Below are positions 47,801 to 61,318 of a stretch of 64,000 nucleotides of DNA, piece by piece. The notes under the pieces are model-generated. The model was not told the origin of the DNA. It made no database searches and saw nothing but the letters and a program-made list of their open reading frames with translations. Position numbers and translations under genes: made by a program. The stretch is from Fimbriosthenelais zetlandica (taxonomy: Eukaryota): contig OZ365114.1 in assembly GCA_977030845.1 (NCBI GenBank), forward strand, positions 23,622,001-23,686,000. Direction: 5' to 3'. Position 1 is the stretch's first letter, and every line of letters begins with the position of its first letter.

Positions 47801-50800
47801 ACAGGTACACTAATGGACACACACAGAGGGGAGTACTGGCAACTCATATCCCACGGCTGTGAGGTGGTAAATGATGTTAGGAATTAAGACATGTGGTCCA
47901 GGCATTAATCACACATGACTAACGGCTGAGCTGTTACGTGGATGGGATGAGATGAGAGACCGAAAGAGAAAGACAGGGGGAGAGAGATAGTGAGGGACAG
48001 ATACTGAGAGGGAGGGAGATAGGGAGGGAGGGTGAGAGAGAGACATCCTCAGGTATACTCTAAGATTTAAACGGGAGAATTTGACAACAAAACCATATTA
48101 AAGTTGACCATTCTGCCCATATCGCTGATGACTCAAGTTTGAAATACATAACTTGATCAGGCCCAACTCAGATTTCTATAAAGCCATTCATTTGCATGAG
48201 GAATCTTCCATGGGCTCGTGCGCAATTCGTGGGCAATTTCAAAGTATTGCTCAATGCCTGATTTTAAATCCAGGAAGGCTGTAGAGCACATAAATACAGT
48301 CAAGAACAAGGCGTATATAAGAACACTTAACAAAACAATTCCTTCCATCCAGGGTGGAGGAAGGACGGAACTTGGTTAATTGTAATTGGAATGCCCATAT
48401 GCTATGTCTATTGCCTAACTTGGTGCACGCTTCTGATTTTATGTCCTGCTCTGACATATTTTGAAAGACATTTCAGAAGCTGCGAAACACATTACGCAGG
48501 TGCAAACCTTCGCCCTATTTACAAGAGGCACATTAGTGACTGTGCCGGATCATCTCCAAGCCCCTGCTCGATGGATCATACACCAACATATAATGCTGTG
48601 TGATTTTTATTGCGAGTAGCTCTCCTCAAGGTTACCTTTCATGACTCAACGTGTTCAAAGGATGTTGTTTTGAGGCTTGTTTTGAGGCCCAGCTCCCTGT
48701 AAAGTGAGCTAAAGGTGAGGGCAAATTGAATGGGACACCGTATGGTATTGAATTGTGGTGGAGTTGGGTTTATGGGATGGAAAGGCAAGGGCGAGCGTGC
48801 ACCTGGATCAATCCTAACATAACCAGATATGGTGTCCACCACAGTTTTGTTGCGGACAAATTTCAAAGATCTTCCTGAGCATCTGGGATCCAAGAGAGGA
48901 GGGGGGAAAATGAGGGTTAGAAAAGGTTGGAGGATGAGTGAGGGGTTTAGTAAAGCAAGTAGGTGGTGGTGACCCGAGCTGTTATCACTTGACGATGAAT
49001 CTAGGCCGTCCCAGCATACCAAAGGAGGTCAACCTGAGCTGCTCCTGAGCAAGTGAAAGAGAGACGGATGGAGGAAGGGGTGTATATACAACCCCTAAAG
49101 ACCAGAGACTGTCAAAATCCCTCAATCTGCTTCTAACACCTCAATCTAACATCTCAATCTGGCTCTAACACCTCAATTTAACATCTCAATTAGTATACAG
49201 CTAGTGCAGGCGCATTTCCCTTTGGTTGAAGCACTTGGAACTTTCGGAAGTGAGGAAACTTTGACTATGATCCGACTTCCTAAAGTGTTTCTCCTTAGAA
49301 ACAAGCAAATAAAAGCTGGAGAAGATGCAGCATCTTACATGCTATGTAGCTGAGGCTAAGCAGATCGTTTCTGATAAAGCTTGGCCAATATCCAATGATA
49401 TTAACAGCGTTCATATACACTGCCTCCTCAATCCCCGGTGAAATATGTGAAATAAAAAGAGCGATATGCTGCGATCAGCTATGCTTTAATACCTGCTATA
49501 TGGTGAGGCACTATCACAACTTACTCCTGACCTGCCAAACTTATAAAACTTGTTTTTAGCAGATGCTTCTTCCCCCAGACACAAATAACATGAGGCCTCA
49601 GACAGAAGCATGTCGAGGAGATCTTATAAAGACGTCATAGCTGTCAACTTGAACCATAGCTGGTGGATCTAAATCACATCAAATGAACGCTCATCCAACT
49701 CATGTAGGAGTAAATCATGCGAACTTCTTACTCAAAACACCGACAGCCTTAAGCCCAGCAGCAACTATATATCAGCGACGCAGCGGTTCACCATGCCCCT
49801 CTATCCCAGTCCGTGAAAGCAATGATCGTAGACCTCTTTTTCACAAAGTTTCCTTTGCTGACTTTAACTCAAACCACCTAGGACAATATATAATCATCCG
49901 ACCATAGTGATGGTAACAAAGAATGCTGCTTTTCAGACTCAATACATATGGAGCAGTGGGCATGGAGGTAACTTGAGGTATAGTGTATGTCAGGGTAGGT
50001 AGGAGGCACCACATGTCACAAAGCAGGGGTCCCTCCACTAACACGTGGTACGATTCCCCTCCCCCACAGGTGGCACTAGTGTCTCGGGCCACTTTGGTCC
50101 AGCACACTAGGATTCAATTTTCTCCAGTTGATCATGGTAATCACACAAATACCTAGCTCCTGGTGACTTCTGAAAAAAACACACACCGAGTTCTGGCATG
50201 TGGTGTATGTAAGAATAACGTAGAGCATACCTGGATAGGTAGATCCAACGCAGGTCAGCCTCTAAACCCATTGACATGGACCTTATTTCATGTCTAGATT
50301 CATAATTCTACATATTTTCTATATTATTTCCTCAGTTTGATATCTTATGTGTACTCTCCAGGTATAAAATGAATGTAAGCCATTGCAGTGGAATGTAAGT
50401 ACAAGATATAAAGCATCTAGCAATCATGGTGGCATATTACGTAGCGGCAGCCTGGACCACACTAATCCGATTCTCTATCCGGCTCCATACGATAGCTGAC
50501 TAAAACTATATTTCTATTCACATCAAATGCTTGTAATTTGAACAGACCTTTACACCTAGGTAAGGGTAACCCCTGCCAAAATTTCAATCATTAGATTCCA
50601 TTAGAAATAGGGATTCGGATGGCGACGGATTGGAGTATGGGATTAGTGTGTTCCAGGCTTAAGGCGGACAATATGACCTTGATGAATGTTCAGGTTAATA
50701 TAACATGGTTTACCTGTTTGTTCCAGACGACACCTGTGGTGTGGTTCTTTTTGACGAAAGCCTGGAGCTCGGCTAGAGCCTTGGTCCATGCTCTCACCCA

Positions 50801-53800
50801 GTCAACGTGAGTCTTGTCCCTGAATCAAAAGGCAAAAGTGAATCAGTTATAGGTGGAAGGAATAGGATATATATGGTGAAAACAAGCTGTGTTCGTTTTG
50901 GTTCTTTCCATTCACTTTTTTGGTTCTCAGAAAGTGCTTTTCAACTATGTGTAATGTTTAACAACACAGTTACAGTATCAAGTAATGCGCAAGTCCGTTA
51001 GTCGTTCACAAATGAGGTTTGGATGAGTGAACCAGTCCCCCAAAGGTGGTTACTGTTCTCAACATGTTCCAGCTAATCTGGAATATTTAAACTATCAGAA
51101 AAGCTGAAAAAACTAGAGCCAGAAATAAATGTTCAAAACCTGTATCATAAACCGAATGTTTTTCAAAAAGCGACCACTCAACGTACTTAGATCAAGAAGT
51201 AAGAAACTTCTCTCCCAACCAATCTGAGAGACAACTGGGACAGATGTTCTATCCATAGTGAGCCGACAATTATGCACAAGTAATTGCACAAATATGTCAA
51301 AAACACTAACTTTTCCAAGTGAACATTTGAGCAAAGAGAAGGAGCGGGTGGACAAAAAAGATTTCTCTCTTGATTTTAACCACGCTGTCAAGGAAAGTTA
51401 TGATTCCTGTTAAATTGGATGACCTTTAAAACTCCTGCGGGTAAAATTCAAAAAGGTCATGTGGGGTCAGGCAGCCAGGCTGGAGAAATCAGACAGCCGC
51501 TTGACAGAATGTTTGATGTTTTTTATCTGTCAATCATAGAAAATACTAGACTTTTTTACAGGGAAGTATGAGAGAAGATGATGGCAACATAAATGCCCCA
51601 GAGGAAAGAACCAGAACTTTCTACATGTGCCAGTGACGTTATTATTGCAGCAGTCCTTATTTTTTTGGCTTAACTTTTGACCTAAAAGGCAATCTAAAAA
51701 GCCACCTAAGGATTCGTCCATGTTATTAAAACGACATTGATAAACTAGTCTTGCACAAGAAACACTTCATAAATTCAAACCTTGTGATGGCCAGGAACAT
51801 TTCAAAATAAAAACAGAAGTGATAAGATGGTACACATGAGCCCCATGGGATGCAGATTCCCTACGAGATCTTCAATAAATGTTGTAACACATCAGAGTAA
51901 TATGGGAGGGAGTTATAAGATGGGAGGGGGGTACTGAGAGGTGTAGTAACATGACATGCATCATCAGAAGATAGTTAGAAGCTGTGAGTGTTTTCACACC
52001 TATAAAGACTATCTCTTAGTGAAAGCATATGTGACCTCCAGACGACGTCATGTTGGACGTAGCTCTGACGTGCCCACCCAAGACGTCATGACTTCATTGA
52101 AAAGAAAAGCAGTAAGCTGGCGATATTACCACGAGTTATAACACTCCATGGTTTATAATTCTCGTGGAATAGACGGGCGCTGGTCCCTATAACTAGAAGA
52201 TGATCAAGCGGGGCTTCACAATCCCTTACACTTTCTGCTTCTTTAGAGCTAGTCCTCTGTATTCTGGAACTTCCATTGCCTCCTGCTCCGTCTCCGAGTT
52301 TGGGACAGAGAACGACATCTCCTTGGTTAATTGGGATGACTTTCACTTTTGAAAAAATATATTTCAAAGTGAAGGGACAGTTTAGCCTTGGCTCTTCTAG
52401 TTTGAAGAGTATTACCCTTTACCATCCATCAATCAGTATGACCCCCTGCCATCCACACTACCAGGAGTTCCTCACTACTCTCTAAAGAGCCATGGCAACC
52501 TGTGGACAAAGAGTAAAGTGACTCAAACAGACCAATAACAAGCCTTATTAGACAATAAAGGCCGAGACGTACTTCACAACAAATGACCCTATTAGTTACT
52601 TTATTCCAGGGATGCTGATGGACCAGTTTGAGACTTCCTTTTGCAAAAGACAAGCGGTGTTCGCACTGCTGCAGGATAGATTAGAAGCTTTTTCTTTTTC
52701 AAAATACTAACTGGAATGGTAGCATTATAATCAGTGTTTGCCTTTACCACGTCATTTGGCCAGCCCCAACAAGATAAGTGAATCAATGAAAGGTCTGTAG
52801 AAAAGTGCACTGCCATCAAATTGTGGATCCACCCCTGGTTGGGTTTGAAAATTTCAGAGATTCTTCTTTCGTTTTTCCAGCCCTGGTATCTAAGTGTGAA
52901 TAATAAAAAAGAATAACGTTCAGGCGTCAGGAGAGCCCAGCTGCGCTGCCAGACAACTGGGAGCTATTTGTCTACTGATACCATGGGGGTGGCATTCCGG
53001 ACCTGGCCAGGGCTTTTTTGAACTGACAGATATATGTCCAGGCCAACTTCTGTAAGCTTGGTGTTTGAGGTCCTGCTTTTCACTCGGTGTGGGGACATTT
53101 AACAGGAAAGCTACCAATCTATCACGGGTATCAATCACTCCCGAAGGTCTTACTTCCTTCAAAATGCTGGTGCAGCGAGTAGAGGATCGGAACATGGCCA
53201 TTGTATGCTATATGCCTGGAGGAGCCTTTCTGCACTGGAGGAGGGATTCAATAAACATATGGCTGGACTGGTGAACGGGCGGCAGCAGTGAGGGTTACCT
53301 CAACCCAAATAAATTTTATTTATTTATCTATTTATTTATTAGCAGCGGTAAACAACATGCCTCAGAGAATACCAAGTTCGTACTTCTAAAGTCTTTTATC
53401 TTTACTGAAAAAAGTAAAGCAGTTTTTCATGAAAAAAGGTCATGGAATTGTTAAAGAGAAGCAATATATTATTGATATTTTACAATCCAATTAACTATAA
53501 TTCCCCTTTTCTCAGTGAAACTTACATGAAAGAGGTTATCCCCTTTAATAGAAAAAATACAGTGTTTGATTTTGAATAACGATGTGTCAACACCAGGGAC
53601 TGTAAACAGAAAATCAGTAAAGGTACATGGGTTCACAAGCGGGGGAGATATATAGCTGGTACACCTGAGCTGGTCCTCAGGGCGCGGGTGACATTTCTGT
53701 ACTAATCACCAACACGCCTCAACCAAACTTCACTTGGGCAAAATCTGGTAACAATAACTTTCAATGTAAGAAATAGAGGTATTTCTGGGGTGAATTTCCA

Positions 53801-56800
53801 ACTATTCCTCGCTCAAGGATAGTCATTAGGAGGAAAGGCTTGAGGAAATACTCCAACCCCCAGGGATGGGGGTCGGGGTGGCTTAGTGGGGGCTGTAACT
53901 GATAAGACCCACTAGAATTGATCCTCACCTCTGGAGGAGTAACAGTTCAAAAAGAGAAGGGCATCTAAGGGACAAATTATGACTTCATTTCCCCAGGCAT
54001 TCTTGGTAATAAGCTCTGAGGCTGTGGAGGTGACCTTTAAGTTTGAAGTGGCAGCCAGGTACCTCAGTATCCCGGTCTAATGTACATGTATTAATATAAG
54101 ATAGAGGGGAGTCCGCCCCAGCTGAGGCCTTGGAAGGTGGTAAACAATTCAGCACCTATCTTCCCCACCGTGATTTTGATTGGTGTTCGAGGTAGGAATG
54201 CCAGTAGGGATCCAGTGGCCTACATATGTACCAACAAGATACCCACTCCTCACCTTCACCGGGATGCTCCAGGGATCGCAAAATGATCCAGTATCAAGTC
54301 ATGCAAAGATTAGGTGCAAGGCATCATGCAATATTCAAAGATGTTTTTTTCTGGGCAAAGATCCAGACCATCTCTCGGGAAGACCCCCTGTGATCAGAAG
54401 TAATCATTGGAAAATCCACATAATATTCCTTAAACATTTCTGCCCCCAACCCCCCTGCTTATTTCTGGCCAAGGAAAATAATTGTTTCTTGAAAGCTTTG
54501 GGTTTTTTTCTGGGTGATATTTTTTCACCAAGGCCATATCAATCACCTCTTCTTTGCCAGGACCAAATGTAAAGGACAGGCCCCCATTAATTACACTATG
54601 TTGCCTGATATTTAAAAGCAGGTTTTCAGTGAGTGTTTGACTCGGGGAGGGACAGGTCAGGAGGGAGTGGTTGTTTTTGCCACAAATTATATCCATCAGT
54701 GATGGATATTACTCATGTTTGGGCAGTGAGTGAGGACGGGGCTATACAGAGGGGGGAAGCCATTAGTGAGATTATACCCCCTTTCTACGGCGATTTATGA
54801 GGTGCTTTCTTAGATTACAGAAGCTTAATATAAACCTCACATTCTGACAATGAGGTAATGGGTGAATATATTACCCCGCCTATATACATATACTCGGTCA
54901 CATACCATTACTTTTTGGAATACTCTCTTCTATTTCTTGTATTTTTTCCGCGGTTATTGTCTTCCCACCTCTCAAGCTGTAATATCCTCATCAGCGATTT
55001 TTACTTCCTCCATTTTCCGTCTAATAATTTTCTTCAATCTCTTATCTAACTACTTTTTCCCTTTCCCCGTTTTTGTCCCGTTCTTTACCGATGAACACCA
55101 TTTTTCGGCTCTCGACTATTTGATAAATCAGCTATTTCCCTCAATAATTTTATATTCTGCATCACTCTCTACCTGGGGCGGTATTAAGTGTGAGATATTA
55201 AGTAAATTTATACAGGCATCATGGCAATAGAATTTGTCCTGGGGCACGATATGATAAAAATGAAGCATCTAAAGAACAGTGATATATCTACTTGATTCCA
55301 GGACTCCACAGATATCTGCTCAAAGAGGCTGACTCCATATTATGTTTCAGATAAATCAAAAAAGTTTTTCCGTGTGCATGACAAAACAGATTACTTTCCT
55401 GCTACGCTTCAACCTTCATTCTACATTTGTCTTCGAGAATCTCAAATATCTGCGACTGAGGAGATCTAGCTATTTATCACACTTTCCTCTTCTTTTTCTG
55501 TCATTTCTTTTTTAGATTTTACCCTGGGTTATTCATTAGATTCTTCACCTCAAACACATATAATTTGTACGTTTATACAAGTTTCGGTACAAGCCTTGCT
55601 AATGTTGGTATAACTTCAGGTCCTAACAGTGGTTTTTTTACTGAATATTTAGAAAGGTGTCTATAGATGTACACCGATAAGGGGCAAACAAGCTTTCTAA
55701 CAGGGAAACTTGAGCAAGGTGAGTGTGTAGCATTTCAAGGCCTGGTTTGAGTGGCCGGTGGGGTTGAGGAGGAGGTGAGCTGGATAGATTGGTGGAGCAG
55801 CTCACGTCAATGATCCGAGCAGGTGAGATGAGAAATTCTCTACTCTGCCACTTGGAACCGCTTCACTAAAATCAAGATGGGTAAATGAGGCCTCTCACAA
55901 AACAAGTAAACATGTAAACCTTCCCAGTTACATGTTATATATGAACAGTTCTATTCATTCCTCCATTCTGTATTATCAACTTATACTTAGCAAACCGTTT
56001 CAGTGTGTCTCACCTGCCAAGTTCCAGTCCCTTTTTTAAGGCAGTAAGAACCACGAACAGCAGCACATGGCACTGCTTCAGTGTTTTGTTTTTTTTAGGT
56101 TCGTAGGTCTTAATTAAAGCTACCTGGGAATTGTAACATCTAATGGAAGTTGGGAACAAAATAGTCAGCAAAATCAGTTAATATATTTCTCACAAGAACT
56201 CATTTTTCGAAAATACAGACTGAAAAAAGTACATCACTCATCAGCCTTCCAGAAGACATCAGCTCCGCATATGGTAACTTTCAGGATCATATCTGCCTTA
56301 GTTTTAGAAAAAAACTGTAAGGCAATGTATGGGACAGCTGTTTCCTAAGTAGTGCATAATTTATGAAGTATCTTTCTATGCATCTTGAGCTTCTCAGAAG
56401 AAAATGTGCCATGCAAAAGTGCAGGACACCAAATGACATTTAAAGAACATGTTCTGGACTTGGCAGATATAAATTGGTTTTTCACGATCATGCCAGACAC
56501 TTGGAAGGCAATTAACTTTTTAAAAGTGCATACAGTATTCAGGGAATACATTAACATTTTAGGAAGAAATCATGTATTTGCCACTCCGGGCCAGATATGT
56601 AGCAGCACCAATTGAGCTGATCTGGAAGGCACATTGTGGAAGGCTTGTAACACGCTACTGAAACTAGTCCAGTGGGTAATAAGCTCGGGGAGGAGGGTGT
56701 AGGGTGTCTGAACGTCAGGTGTATCTAGTGCCAGCCACATTTGTTTGTAATGAAGCCTAGTGGGGAGAAGAGTGCCGTGTTGTTTTATACACTTTGGGGT

Positions 56801-59800
56801 AAGGGTGCGCATGGCAGGTATGTATGGGGTGTGTCTCTTGCCCGCCCTGTGTGTGCGTGTGTGCGGTGGGATTGTGTTGAATTATGAGACAGATTGAAAA
56901 GAGTCTGGGAAATTTTTCAAGAAGAGAAGCCCGCGGGGCCACCCTGAAATAAAAGCAAATGGGAGCAGATTCCATCATGTGAATCAGCATCTTTTGCTCC
57001 TAACCAAGCAAATCGCCAATTCACAAACTCGGCAAGCATGGGATGTGATGCAACTAGAACCATGTATGCCTGCGGGGGGAATTAAAGAAAAAGAGACTCC
57101 GCAAATAATGATTTCTACCCATTTACTTCTGCCTCAAGATCATTCCCTTTGCCCACGCATTTGACGTGTACCATCTTCAGCAATTCAAATCATGACTTCC
57201 ATGTCGCTCCTCATGTACCTTTCTTTGCTATCATTCTTTGACTTCCTCTTGCATACCTTTCTCTTTCTCTGTCCTTCCCTCTCACAATGTTTACAAGTAT
57301 GTAGGATGGTAGATTGTTGATTTGTCTATGTCCAGATGGTGGCCACTAGTTGGAGGTGATCTAGAGGGAACCTCCTGGTGTTTTCACAGGGAGTCCACCA
57401 GCAATTATACAAAATCTGAACCAACAACCCATATAAACACACACGACAGCTGCCGCAGACATACGTAAGAAATGCACATGGCTGAACTGGGGGGTGAAAC
57501 TCCAAATGTTAACTGCCAAAAAAAAAACCTCCCCTGCAGGACCCTACAGGGACAAATAATTCAATTTCAGGGGAGACGGAAGTCCCAAGAAAAATACCTC
57601 TATCCAATTTGGAGATAAACTTATAAATCTAAGTTGTGAATTTGATAAAGATATCAGTAACTGTCACTCCTGATTCATGACCCTGTGGGGGCCTGTGGGG
57701 CATGTTGCAGTATGTTCATTGGCGATAAGTACTTTTTAAATGTAAAGGGGAGGGTTTGTGTATACATGTATGTGTGCTTGGATCGTGGCTTGGCCATGTA
57801 GCACCCCTACAGTTGGGAGCTACCTGCATCTCCCACACCCCCTACCAGTCGTCATCTGGAAGCTCTAATACGCCATGAAATTAACTTGTGGATCTCAGGG
57901 CGCTGGTCATGACACCTGGTGGAGCTGTGGGCAACATGTGCCCCGGGCAGTGTAACCTGTACATAGGTGGGGGGTGGGGGGGGGGGGGGGGGCCGGGGGG
58001 GGGGGGGGGGGGTTGGCTTGAAAGGGGTAGCATATGGAGGTAGGTGTTACAGTTTGTTGGGGACTGGGGTTCTTGTTGACTGAAGTTGGTAAACTCGGGT
58101 TGAGCATAAGGGCTGTCGGGTTTCTGAGGAGTTCGCTGGAGAAAATTGAGGTAACTTGGGTAGCTAGGGTTTTTAGGTTATGGAATGAAGATCCATATAG
58201 CACACCCCCATACCCTCAACCACCTCAACCCTATTCCTCACACCCCCCTCCAACCACCAGCTACACCACTCCCCATCACCATTACCAGCTCATCTCTCTA
58301 CCCCATCACTCACTTCTAACACCGCGAGAGATCTTCACCAACGTCCAAAGCAGCAACTGTTACATGTATTTTATGCCTACCCCCAACGAACCGACGCTCA
58401 TTCCACCTATCTCATCCTACTAAACCTAAAACTATCACAGAGGCTTATCTATAGGTTTCACCCATGCAAGACAGACCCATTCCTCGGAGAAAAGCTATGC
58501 TCACGTTTGCACATAGCTTTTATGTACCCTTGGCCATAAGGCAAGGGCATAGTTAGACCTTGTTCTTTCCAAGGGGACTTTGATAATAGTACAACCGAGT
58601 TTTTAAGGTTCATATTTTGCTCAAAGACGCATTAAAGATCATCAGACAAAGTGCACCAAGGGATGAATTTACTGGAAAGTACCAAGTTTTATAATCCACA
58701 GAGAACAATACACTAGTTTGAACCCACCTTTTTCCTGGTTCTTTTTTCTTACACAGATTGATAGATAGATTGAGATATCAAGTGGGGTACTCACTTTTCC
58801 TTGAATTCCTTGAGGACCCTGTTGGAGAAGAACTGTCCTGCATCACTCATCTCCTTGATGTAAGGTGCCGGGGCGGGCGACTGGAAAAGTCACAGAAATA
58901 CTTTTATAAAACTTTCCTTCAGAATTGGAATGAAATTAAGAAATTGGAATATATTTTTAATTGAAAGTATATTAGGAAAAGTAAGAAATATTATGGTAAT
59001 AGCACTGTGAAAAGGAATATAAATTGGATGAATAAATTACTGGAAAATGAGCAAAAGTATCGAAAATGGTTGAAAATAAGTCGGGGTAGAATTTCGGTTT
59101 GTTAAATTCATGGTTACGTCTTGTAGTCAGTAGACATATGATGAGAGAACGTCAGACATACCACAGCAATCCATCCTAGAGCACCGATGGCCTCACTGAG
59201 GACAGACAGATGGTTGAAGTGGTCCCGGTTAGCACGGTTCTGTTCACGAAACTCCTACAGAACAAATACACGGGCCATCAAAAACACTTATCATAGTCAA
59301 AACACTCATCTTAGTCAAAACATATATCACAGAAAAAAACAACTGTTTTAGTCAAAAGCATTGAGAGGCAGAAATATTCCAAATATACAAAGACATATGG
59401 ACACATAGGAATCATTCTGACTTAAAACTAAATCTACATAAAGAAAATTAGGGATGGGAAGAATTGTTTAGCAAGTAACCTTTCATGAGATATTGCATTA
59501 TAATTAGACATTGCAGCAAGTATGTACCATGTAAGAAGACATGGTTGGACCGATTTACAAAATCCGGCCAGAAATCAGCAGCTGAGCTCTTTTTTTAAAT
59601 CCTCAAAATACATTAGAAATTTCAAGAGGAGAAGGGTAGGAAGGGATCAGGTTTGGTATTTTAACAATTACAGGGCCGTGCCCTTAGCAACACATTTGTT
59701 TACAGGTTACCACACTCAGTACTGGGAGCTCTATAGACCACAACAAACAGCCACAAAGAGATATATCCAAAGCTGAAATTAATAGTTTGCCAGGAAGCAG

Positions 59801-61318
59801 AGGGCTAACTGGGTCATTTTCCAGAAAAAAAAACATTGCCAATGTGTCCATCTCTTGTGAACGTCAGTGAAAACAAACAGAAGGATCGGTTTGCTGGACA
59901 GCGAGGGGAGTGTACCCCCGGCCCACCGACTCACCTATCACAGCACGCCTATCTTTTTACCCAAAATATATTTCTTCCCTTCATAGCTTCCTTTTTTGTG
60001 CTACTTTCTTCCAAAGGAGACTAGACAGATTATACTGTAGAATTGTGTTACAATAGAGATTAAAGATTAAAAGAAGCTTATTTTATCAGATCATACTTAC
60101 TTGGATAGCTGAGATCTTCTGAGAGAGGGGTGTTAGAAGTTTCTGACAGGTGCCCTGAAAAAAACAAAGATGAAAGATTTTAAAATCTATTTCACTTTTT
60201 TTCTGTTAACATCTTTTATGGAGAGTGATAATGTGGGTGGTTAGAAGTTCACAGTTTTCATTTATTTTGTTTCTACGAATTTCTCGGTACAATACATGTT
60301 TGTTAACTTGCATGTAACAGATATATCTGAGGAGGGTGTCGTGTAGAACATACATATATACAAGCTATCCCACACCCTGACGTGCAAATGCCTTGGACAG
60401 CTCAGGAATTGAACCGCCCGCCTTCTGATCATTACAAAACCCTGAATCAGCTAAAGCTCTCACTAACAGAGCTAACGCCCTTTCAGAGTTGAGTAATAGA
60501 AACTACGGAAGAGTGCATGAATAAACCATATTCCTACTGGGAAGAAACAATATGTTCAGATATATGGACCATCAATATCACCAACATTCAATGTACAGGT
60601 CTGCTCCTTCATGGATCAATAGGACATATTAGGTGGAGGGAAAGGTAGATATATAGGTAGATGGTTTTGTCCTCACACCTAGCCAACTGTGCGGACATGT
60701 CGACACACACGAGTATTGATGTAATGACAAAATACTGAACCAATCAAGCTATTGATCCAGGATGAGAGCAAACAAGGCCAGCCAGGTCATGTCAACAGAT
60801 GGGGGAGTGAATGTCTGGATCCTTTATGTGTGTCACTCACAAGGCCTCGCCCCCATTTCATGTCAATCAACAGATTAACATACCGGTACCTATAAAGTAT
60901 ATTGAGACCTACAATGAATACCTTTAGGGTTTGATTAAAATTTAAAAAAATTACTTACAGCGTCGGGTTCCTTTGCCTTGGATGCTATAACCAAGAATTC
61001 TCGTTCACTTGCAAGAGCATCCTTTACCATCCCAGCCTGGAAGAAAAAACAGATTTAGAATTTAGAAATTAATATAGCGAGGACTAACAAACATTTTCTT
61101 TAACAATTGCTTATAAGAAATGGATACAAAAAGTAGTTTTGACTTACATGAGTGGCGACCAGTCCACCGATCTTGTTGCTCAGGTTAATGAAGTCAGTGA
61201 AGGGTCCGTTCACTATGTCATCATAGGCTTGTACAGAAGCAGTTAGGGCTTCTAGAAACACAAAAGTTAAGATTTTTATTTTTTTTTTATAAGCTTCATT
61301 ATTACCGCAGGAAGCCAT
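18988..61318 (-). CDS. CAP1: Adenylyl cyclase-associated protein (CAP/Srv2): helical-folded domain, poly-proline, WH2, CARP
   Basis: Exons (minus): [61318-61306 alternative start], 61251-61148, 61036-60959, 60154-60101, 59254-59162, 58880-58795, 50819-50714, 20834-20642, 20398-20223, 20020-19897, 19616-19534, 19378-19235, 19071-18988, all with consistent phases. Motifs: FNHLSVLSEAIGALGW, PYIKEMSDAGQFFSNRVLKEFKE, HVDWVRAW, PPPPPPGPPPPP, RNALFADLNKG, LEGKKW, QVKGKVNSI, KTDGFQMYL, TAKSSELNILVP, EFALPEQFKT. The canonical RLE-motif N-terminal exon was not found in the window. CAP1 versus CAP2 cannot be resolved. Confidence 0.95.
23985..24135. repeat. Degenerate pyrimidine-rich minisatellite (~28-30 bp)
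   Basis: About 5 recurring ctctcgacct(c/t)...ttcct(a/g)tat units. Confidence 0.6.
32500..32760. repeat. ~130 bp tandem duplication
   Basis: cacttctctt...cgagaccaa...gtatacatg...tattggtc...gaagatagatcgat(t/c)gatagaga is present twice. Confidence 0.7.
32783..32847. repeat. (AGAT)n microsatellite
   Basis: About 16 perfect AGAT units, preceded by GATC/GATA mixed units. Confidence 0.95.
34690..35318. repeat. 46 bp minisatellite, ~13-14 copies
   Basis: Unit gggcatcgccctccaattgaattctattggggtaggacattgatgt, with starts at 34707, 34753, 34799 ... ~35304. Confidence 0.97.
40826..41140. repeat. 37 bp pyrimidine-rich minisatellite, ~8 copies
   Basis: Unit accaactcccttcgcttcttccctctctccctgaagg, with starts such as 40976, 41013, 41050. 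Confidence 0.9.
43988..44060. repeat. 16 bp tandem repeat, ~4.5 copies
   Basis: gaaggaaggaatcggc repeated. Confidence 0.9.

Noticed and set aside
57907-58423. Pro-rich and Gly-rich ORFs of 98-129 aa
   Set aside because: They arise from G/C homopolymers and low-complexity sequence.
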